A DNA stretch of 63,858 nucleotides, filler included, from an uncultured Methanosarcinales archaeon (GTDB taxonomy: Archaea > Nanobdellota > Nanobdellia > Woesearchaeales > CAZKBD01), in assembly GCA_964550945.1 (NCBI GenBank). It is 8 parts of 8 records of this genome, joined end to end, with 100 filler letters (N's around TTAATTAATTAA, not from the genome) between each part and the next. Parts side by side here need not be neighbours in the genome. Positions count along the whole stretch, not along the records: positions 53,979 to 62,019 come from CAZKBD010000081.1; positions 62,120 to 63,858 come from CAZKBD010000169.1; 6 more parts are not named here. The stretch is one strand, 5' to 3'. Shown piece after piece: positions 59,180 to 63,858 of this stretch. The translations under genes were made by a program, and so were the position numbers. Each line of letters opens with the position of its first letter. Position 1 is the first letter of the stretch. The notes beneath the pieces are model-generated. The model did not search any database. It was not told the origin of the DNA and saw only the letters and a list, made by a program, of their open reading frames with translations.

Positions 59180-60478
59180 TTAATAATAAGTCTTGTTGTC
59201 TTCCTTATCTTCGTCTTCAGATCCTTTCAGCTTATTGAATCCAATTATCAATCCCAAGATAACAAGCAAGACCACTAGTATCACTAAGCCAATCTCTAGG
59301 CCTCTCTTAAGGCTAACAAAGCCTGTTGTAACTGATTTAGCTCCAACTACATTAGCTTTTAGCAACATTTCCTTAAGAGTCTTGTCGCCGCTCTTTATTG
59401 AAACAGTGAATACTTGTTCGCCTGCCTGAGCTGTGTCCTTTGCAGCAACATTTAGGTATACTGCCTTGGATTCGCCCTTCTCAACAACTACGACATTGCT
59501 TGGGCTTATCTTGATTGTTGCCCAGTTAGCTGAATCTGCACTAATTATATATGTCTTAGCTGTTGATCCTAGGTTTGTAATTGTTATTGGATAGATCGCG
59601 CCAGATGTTCCAATTGCGACATCCTGTATCTCAGCGCCTATTGTCAATATTGTCTTGGATCCTGCAGCAGCTGGCTCTTCTTCGTCTTCTTGTTCAACAC
59701 CAGCAACCCTTATTGTGTACTCTTTGCTGTCTTTTTCATAATCCTCATCATATAATGCTGATACTTTAACAGTATAATCTCCTGTTTCTGCGTCTGATGG
59801 GATTCTTAGATAAAGCTCTTCGCTGCTCTCTGATTCTCCTGATTCAATCTCATCAATATAATCAGAAGCGCTAACGCCAAGCTCTGGTATGCTTACAGTA
59901 ACCTTAACGCTGTCTTCTATCTTGTCTCCATAGTTCTTTACTCTTACGGTAGCAAGCAAAGCTCTTCCAGCCTGAACTGATCCTTCAGGGCTGAACACGG
60001 TATCTTTTATCTGAAGCTCGTGCCTTGACTTGTCAACAAGCAATTTGTAATTCTCTATGATAGCGTCATTATTTTTATCAACAACAAGTATCCTTAATTT
60101 GTAATCCTCTGCTGCATCCAATTTGTGGGGCAATTTTAAGGTTAATTTTTTAAGATAGGTTGTGTTTTCTTTGACGTCAAATGTATGAGTCTTGTCTGAG
60201 ACACTCTCGAAATCCTCATATTCATAACCGCCTAAGAAAGCCTCAATCCATACATCCTCTGTTGCTCCTGTAGCCCTAATCTCTACCTGCACGTCTATTT
60301 CGTCGCCTCTGACAACGTCAAACCTGTTTGAGTCTGTTAGACTTAACTCAACATCATTCACCCTAACCTCATCAATAGACATTATACTGCCCAATTCAGC
60401 GGCATTGGCTACTCCGACGTACGCTAGAACTCCTACCAGTAGCATCGCCAAAACACTAAACAACTTAATTTTTCTCAT
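59180..60478 (-). CDS. S-layer-like / CARDB surface protein
   Basis: Signal peptide; Ig/CARDB repeats; C-terminal TM plus ..YY tail. Confidence 0.7.
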   Translation of the reverse strand: MRKIKLFSVLAMLLVGVLAYVGVANAAELGSIMSIDEVRVNDVELSLTDSNRFDVVRGDEIDVQVEIRATGATEDVWIEAFLGGYEYEDFESVSDKTHTFDVKENTTYLKKLTLKLPHKLDAAEDYKLRILVVDKNNDAIIENYKLLVDKSRHELQIKDTVFSPEGSVQAGRALLATVRVKNYGDKIEDSVKVTVSIPELGVSASDYIDEIESGESESSEELYLRIPSDAETGDYTVKVSALYDEDYEKDSKEYTIRVAGVEQEDEEEPAAAGSKTILTIGAEIQDVAIGTSGAIYPITITNLGSTAKTYIISADSANWATIKISPSNVVVVEKGESKAVYLNVAAKDTAQAGEQVFTVSIKSGDKTLKEMLLKANVVGAKSVTTGFVSLKRGLEIGLVILVVLLVILGLIIGFNKLKGSEDEDKEDNKTYY

Positions 60479-60633
60479 TTTTTTTAACCCCCAAATTCGT
60501 TTTTGTTTTACTATAAAATGTTGTTTTAACTTTGAGTAAACACAGCTTATATTTAAACTTTTCGGTGTTTTAGTATACAATAGTAGTTACTTTGATTAAC
60601 TATCGTAAAGTTGTTATATCTGTGCCACATGTA

Positions 60634-60654
60634 ATGTGTTAGTTACTAACACAT
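60634..60654. promoter_or_regulatory. Perfect palindrome in a divergent promoter region
   Basis: ATGTGTTAGT-t-ACTAACACAT. Confidence 0.45.
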
Positions 60655-60806
60655 CTTTTTGTTTGTTAAAACCCAAATTAAACTTAGGTTAATGGAGCAT
60701 TATTTATAAACCTTTCTAAATTAACCATTATATGATGGTTATTTGTAATAATTTCTCTTAAGTGAAAACAAAAGATATTTTTAGTTGAACATCACTTTAA
60801 GGAGCG

Positions 60807-61907
60807 ATGATAACAATAATAGGCGCTGGCCCGGCTGGCTGCTATACTGCTTACCAGCTGGCAAAAAATGGGAAGGAAGTGCAGGTTTTTGAGGACCATA
60901 ACAAGATAGGTGAACCAGTACAATGCACAGGCTTGGTAACACCAGCAATAAACGATATCATCCAATTAAGAAAGGATTGCATCGTGAATAAAGTTGAAAC
61001 AGCAAAAGCGATTGCTCCAGACGGAAATAGTTTAGAGGTGCCTGTCAATGACCTTGTTCTCGACAGGATAAAGTTTGACCAGTATTTAGCTGACCTTGCT
61101 GTAAAAGCAGGAGCTAAGATCTACCTGAACCACAAGTTCATAGAATACAAAAAAGATGCTATCATAAGGGATCTTAAGAATAAAAAAACAAAGAATATCA
61201 AGACAGATATGCTGATAGGAGCTGACGGCCCTAATTCTCCTGTAGCAAAAGCTCTCAAATTAGAAGGTAAAAGGGAGTATTATACGGGCTTACAGGCAAG
61301 GATAAGGCATAAAACCGATCCTAAGATTTTTGAAGCTTACTTAGGCAGCGTATGCCCTGAATTCTTTGCCTGGATTGTGCCGGAATCAGACAATATCTGC
61401 AGGGTCGGTCTAGCGGCCAAAAAAAATACTGCCAGTTATTTTGAGAAATTTTTAAATAAGATATCAAAAAACAAAAGCGCAATAATTGAAAAGCAAGGCG
61501 GATTAATACCCATACATAACTCTGAGTTACAAATCCAAAAAGACAATATATATCTAGTTGGGGATGCTGCGCACCAGGTGAAAGCATCTACTGGAGGAGG
61601 GATAGTGCAAGGCTTAATAGCTGCAAATGCCCTATCAGATTCTATAATAAACAAAAAAGACTATGCAGCAGAATGCAGGAATTTGTTAGGAAAAGATCTC
61701 TGGCTGCACCTTACAATCAGAAAGATATTGGACAATTTCTCAGATGAGGATTATAACCGGTTGATAAGCTTAGTAAACAAGGATCATGTTAAGTACGCTT
61801 TGGAAAATTTCAATAGGGATCATCCAACTAAGTTCATGTTCAGGCTGGTCTTGAAAGAACCAAGGCTGCTGTACTTCTCAAGGAAAGCAATACCCTACTT
61901 CTCCTAA
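60807..61907 (+). CDS. Geranylgeranyl reductase family FAD oxidoreductase
   Basis: GAGPAG, PVQCTG, DRIKFD, GADG, FAWIVP, VGDAA.QVKASTGGG. Confidence 0.9.
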   Translation: MITIIGAGPAGCYTAYQLAKNGKEVQVFEDHNKIGEPVQCTGLVTPAINDIIQLRKDCIVNKVETAKAIAPDGNSLEVPVNDLVLDRIKFDQYLADLAVKAGAKIYLNHKFIEYKKDAIIRDLKNKKTKNIKTDMLIGADGPNSPVAKALKLEGKREYYTGLQARIRHKTDPKIFEAYLGSVCPEFFAWIVPESDNICRVGLAAKKNTASYFEKFLNKISKNKSAIIEKQGGLIPIHNSELQIQKDNIYLVGDAAHQVKASTGGGIVQGLIAANALSDSIINKKDYAAECRNLLGKDLWLHLTIRKILDNFSDEDYNRLISLVNKDHVKYALENFNRDHPTKFMFRLVLKEPRLLYFSRKAIPYFS

Positions 61908-62169
61908 GAGAGTTTCTGTTAAGCCAGGGTTTTAACTGATTAATTTGTTCATTTAAGAAAAATCCAGCCATCCGTGGCGGTTGACGGATTTTGCCTTAAA
62001 AAACAGCAAAATCCTATTCNNNNNNNNNNNNNNNNNNNNNNNNNNNNNNNNNNNNNNNNNNNNTTAATTAATTAANNNNNNNNNNNNNNNNNNNNNNNNN
62101 NNNNNNNNNNNNNNNNNNNTTGACAAAACAAATTTTATGCTAAAATCTAGCAACTATCTATCGCGTTGA

Positions 62170-62673
62170 CTATTCAGCTGAATAACCTCTGTTCAGCCAT
62201 AACAATATAAAATCAAAATCGTCCTTTGCCCTGTTAGGGATAGCCTTTAATGTAAGCAGATAATTAAAAGGGCATACAGGAATTTCAATTGTGTTTTTGC
62301 AGTAAAGCCCGTTAATCTTCATTCTACCTATACTCTCAAATAATTCATCAGGCACAGGAATCTTTGTGTTAGTTGTCCTGTCTAGCATATAGCTTATTGA
62401 GTTTATATGAACTTGTATTCCTAATTTTTTATGCTCAGCTTGAACGCCATAAAATGCCTTTTTTGTATTCCAATCTTTATCAAATGATTTTATAACAGGC
62501 ATTGTTGTTAATGGCCTTGTCATTATATCAACATCAAAAGTGAGCCTAATATTGCCGCAATAGGCAGTAGTTGCCCATCCGCCTATCACAAAATGACTTA
62601 TCTTGCTAAGTATCCTATTGCAGAGATCATTTGTCAGCTCTAAAGACCATTTTTCAATTTCTTTATAATTCAT
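62170..62673 (-). CDS. Nucleotidyltransferase-fold protein (AbiEii-like)
   Basis: VIGGWA...RLTFDVDI; LKAIPNRAKDDFD. Confidence 0.7.
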   Translation of the reverse strand: MNYKEIEKWSLELTNDLCNRILSKISHFVIGGWATTAYCGNIRLTFDVDIMTRPLTTMPVIKSFDKDWNTKKAFYGVQAEHKKLGIQVHINSISYMLDRTTNTKIPVPDELFESIGRMKINGLYCKNTIEIPVCPFNYLLTLKAIPNRAKDDFDFILLWLNRGYSAE

Positions 62674-63400
62674 CCATATTCACCTCATCAATATTAAGGT
62701 TGATTCTCCATTTTTTTGCAATTTCCTTATATTTTTCAGGTACTTTCTTGGCTTTTCTGGGAAAGATAGAAAATACCCTTTTATCATTTTTAGTCAGCTC
62801 ATAAAGCTTATCCCTAATCTCTCTATGTTTGGCTAAAATTTCCAATAAAGCCCCTAAATACCTCCTTTGATAAGAATTTGATCTCTTAATTACCTTGTCA
62901 AAGTCAATTTTTTCTTTTTTAATTATGTTTAATATTGGTTCAGCTGATTTATAGCTTGTTATATTTTCAATAAGATAGCCCTCAATTGTTTTAGCTGTTG
63001 GCTTGGGGGCTATAGTAACCTGCTGATGCCCATCCTTATTATACATCCTCTGAAAAGCAACGCTTGGTTTTACAGATGTTGTTCCAAAAATAGCTGCAGA
63101 GCCCGTTGTAGGGATAAAACCTGAATCCTCCTGCTGGTAGTTTGTTGGAATTGTAATGTCTGCATAAGGAATGTCCTTTAGCTCTAAAACTATTTTGTAT
63201 GTTTTTGCTCTGTTATCATCCTTGGATCTTTCAACCTCTACTATATTCAATTTTTCTAGTTTGTTTAGTGTTTTATATACCATCTCATTGCTGTCGTAGC
63301 TGAATATCCCTTTTGCTTGTTTGAAGCTAAACCTATCATTAAGACCAAGTTTTAACCTTAATTCCCTGTACCTTTCCCATAGCCATCTTGGAATCCACAT
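62663..63400 (-). CDS. Winged-helix protein, putative type IV antitoxin (AbiEi-like)
   Basis: N-terminal wHTH (TLNKLEKLNIVEVERSKDDNRAKTY); overlaps the NT gene; palindrome TTTGAA-N7-TTCAAA at 63402-63420. Confidence 0.6.
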   Translation of the reverse strand: MWIPRWLWERYRELRLKLGLNDRFSFKQAKGIFSYDSNEMVYKTLNKLEKLNIVEVERSKDDNRAKTYKIVLELKDIPYADITIPTNYQQEDSGFIPTTGSAAIFGTTSVKPSVAFQRMYNKDGHQQVTIAPKPTAKTIEGYLIENITSYKSAEPILNIIKKEKIDFDKVIKRSNSYQRRYLGALLEILAKHREIRDKLYELTKNDKRVFSIFPRKAKKVPEKYKEIAKKWRINLNIDEVNMDEL

Positions 63401-63533
63401 ATTTGAACTATTTATTCAAATAAATATATAAATCTTTCGATTTGTTCAAACGATAACTTGATTATTTGAGAGATTTTAACCACCAGAAAATACACAAGAT
63501 ATAAATGCCAGTCAGTATTATTGGTATACCAAG

Positions 63534-63731
63534 ATGAGGTTCAGGATTATAATTGAAAAAGATGAAGATGGAGTTTTTATAGCCGAATGTCCTAATCTGC
63601 CTGGATGCATTTCTCAAGGCAAAACCAGAATGGAAGCTATAAAAAATATGAAAGACGCTGTTAGTGGGTATATCGAGAGCCTTAAAAAGCATAATGAGCC
63701 AATACCACCATCTATTTCTGAAGAGGTATAG
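63534..63731 (+). CDS. hicB: HicB family antitoxin
   Basis: IIEKDEDGVFIAECPNLPGCISQGKT.MEA. Confidence 0.9.
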   Translation: MRFRIIIEKDEDGVFIAECPNLPGCISQGKTRMEAIKNMKDAVSGYIESLKKHNEPIPPSISEEV

Positions 63732-63804
63732 TAAAGGACGCAATAGTTTGAGCATTATGGATAGGTCATTTACTTACGTAAAAAACGCAAAGCGTTTTTT
63801 TGTA

Positions 63805-63858
63805 CAAGAAAGGAAAAATTAATTCTTAATTTTTCCAATTCTTAAATAGTTCTAACTA
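63805..63858. repeat. Inverted copy of window bases 1-54
   Basis: Direct comparison. Confidence 0.95.

Noticed and set aside
1..63858. Terminal inverted repeats suggesting a linear plasmid, virus or Borg-like element
   Set aside because: The window is a concatenation of eight contigs carrying core chromosomal genes; relative orientation of the first and last contig is arbitrary.

Overview
This window joins eight contigs with artificial N..TTAATTAATTAA..N linkers, so gene adjacency across linkers means nothing. The source is a low-GC archaeon, most likely Woesearchaeota/DPANN: archaeal EF-2, S7, S12, S28e, L7Ae, L24e, SRP RNA and a geranylgeranyl reductase, alongside many bacterial-type metabolic genes. 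The strongest signal is a 30-nt hairpin insertion with an in-frame TAG inside the most conserved motif of ilvE. It folds as a relaxed bulge-helix-bulge (BHB), and canonical BHB cleavage restores HYGLGVFEG exactly, making it a candidate tRNA-type intron in a metabolic mRNA. A tRNA-Trp with three BHB introns (37/38, 53/54, 59/60) in the same bin supports a permissive splicing endonuclease. Other notable items: a complete hydG-hydE-hydF cluster; degenerate copies of the ribB 3' end separating accreted toxin-antitoxin-like cassettes; two HEPN-MNT modules sharing 40-bp-spaced palindromic operators; a family of intergenic hairpin elements with an extrahelical base; a free-standing double-LAGLIDADG/HTH gene abutting ilvD; a copper-resistance cluster with an unannotated Cys-rich mini-protein; a MoxR-vWA-DUF58 operon; and giant CARDB/PKD surface proteins. 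All calls are by eye from motifs; no searches were run.
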